Shown here piece after piece: positions 63,612 through 64,000 of a DNA stretch of 64,000 bases. The notes beneath the pieces were generated by a model. The model was not told where the DNA came from. It made no database searches and worked only from the letters and a program-made list of their open reading frames with translations. Both the position numbers and the translations under genes were made by a program. Numbering within the stretch: position 1 is the first letter of the stretch; every line of letters starts with the position of its first letter. Location: positions 89,962,001-90,026,000 of the forward strand of contig NC_043006.1 of assembly GCF_006345805.1 (NCBI RefSeq), in the 5' to 3' direction. This stretch comes from Octopus sinensis. Taxonomy: Eukaryota.

Positions 63612-63703
63612 CACACACACATATATACATAAATACATATATATATATACACACACACACATATATACATATATACATATATATATATATATATGTATAC
63701 AGA

Positions 63704-63753
63704 CATCATCATCATCGTTTAACATCCGTTTTCCATGCTAGCACGGGTTGGAC
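63704..63753 (-). mobile_element. RTE extreme 3' tail
   Basis: (CAT)n GTTTAACATCCGTTTTCCATGCTAGCACGGGTTGGACG. Confidence 0.8.
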
Positions 63754-63780
63754 GATATATATATATATATATATGTATAT

Positions 63781-63822
<42 letters not shown>

Positions 63823-64000
63823 TTGTGTATGAGTGTGTATGAATATATATAAACATACATATGCACGTACATATATGCATATATACATATGAATGTATGG
63901 AAATATATGAACACACACACACACATATGCATCACCTAATTTTTCTTTTCATTATGACCTTTTTGTTTACACAACCAAAACTTTTTGACTCTCACTCTCT

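Noticed and set aside
107-63935. Dozens of ORFs rich in Y/I/H/T/C/V/M (for example 17421-18607, 41720-42471, 63448-63935)
   Set aside because: Translations of (TA)n, (CA)n, (TG)n and (CAT)n microsatellites; no coding signal

Overview
AT-rich, microsatellite-laden eukaryotic non-coding DNA, almost certainly cephalopod. The SINE/LINE repertoire matches Octopus repeats as I recall them; this is inference, not a database result. No complete host gene is present. One plausible spliced exon lies on the minus strand (760-977). Most of the window is mobile-element debris: RTE LINE pieces and about 17 RTE 3' tails, at least three tRNA-derived SINE families, a near full-length but dead R4/Dong-type RLE retrotransposon in (AAT)n, CR1- and Tx1/L1-like ends, mariner/pogo fragments, two MITEs and Helitron-like pieces. 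There are also many Penelope-like element (PLE) insertions in (TA)n tracts, carrying RT and GIY-YIG coding remnants. The most interesting signal is RNA-structural. At least six type I hammerhead ribozyme motifs sit in PLE termini: two with intact cores (14312-14393, 44226-44351), three with a C at core position 4 (CCGANGA at 17145-17228 and 61856-61892; CCAAAGA at 14840-14923) and one decayed (20687-20769). About ten fold-back or inverted-repeat structures also occur. Coordinates were read by eye and repeat boundaries may be off by several bases.
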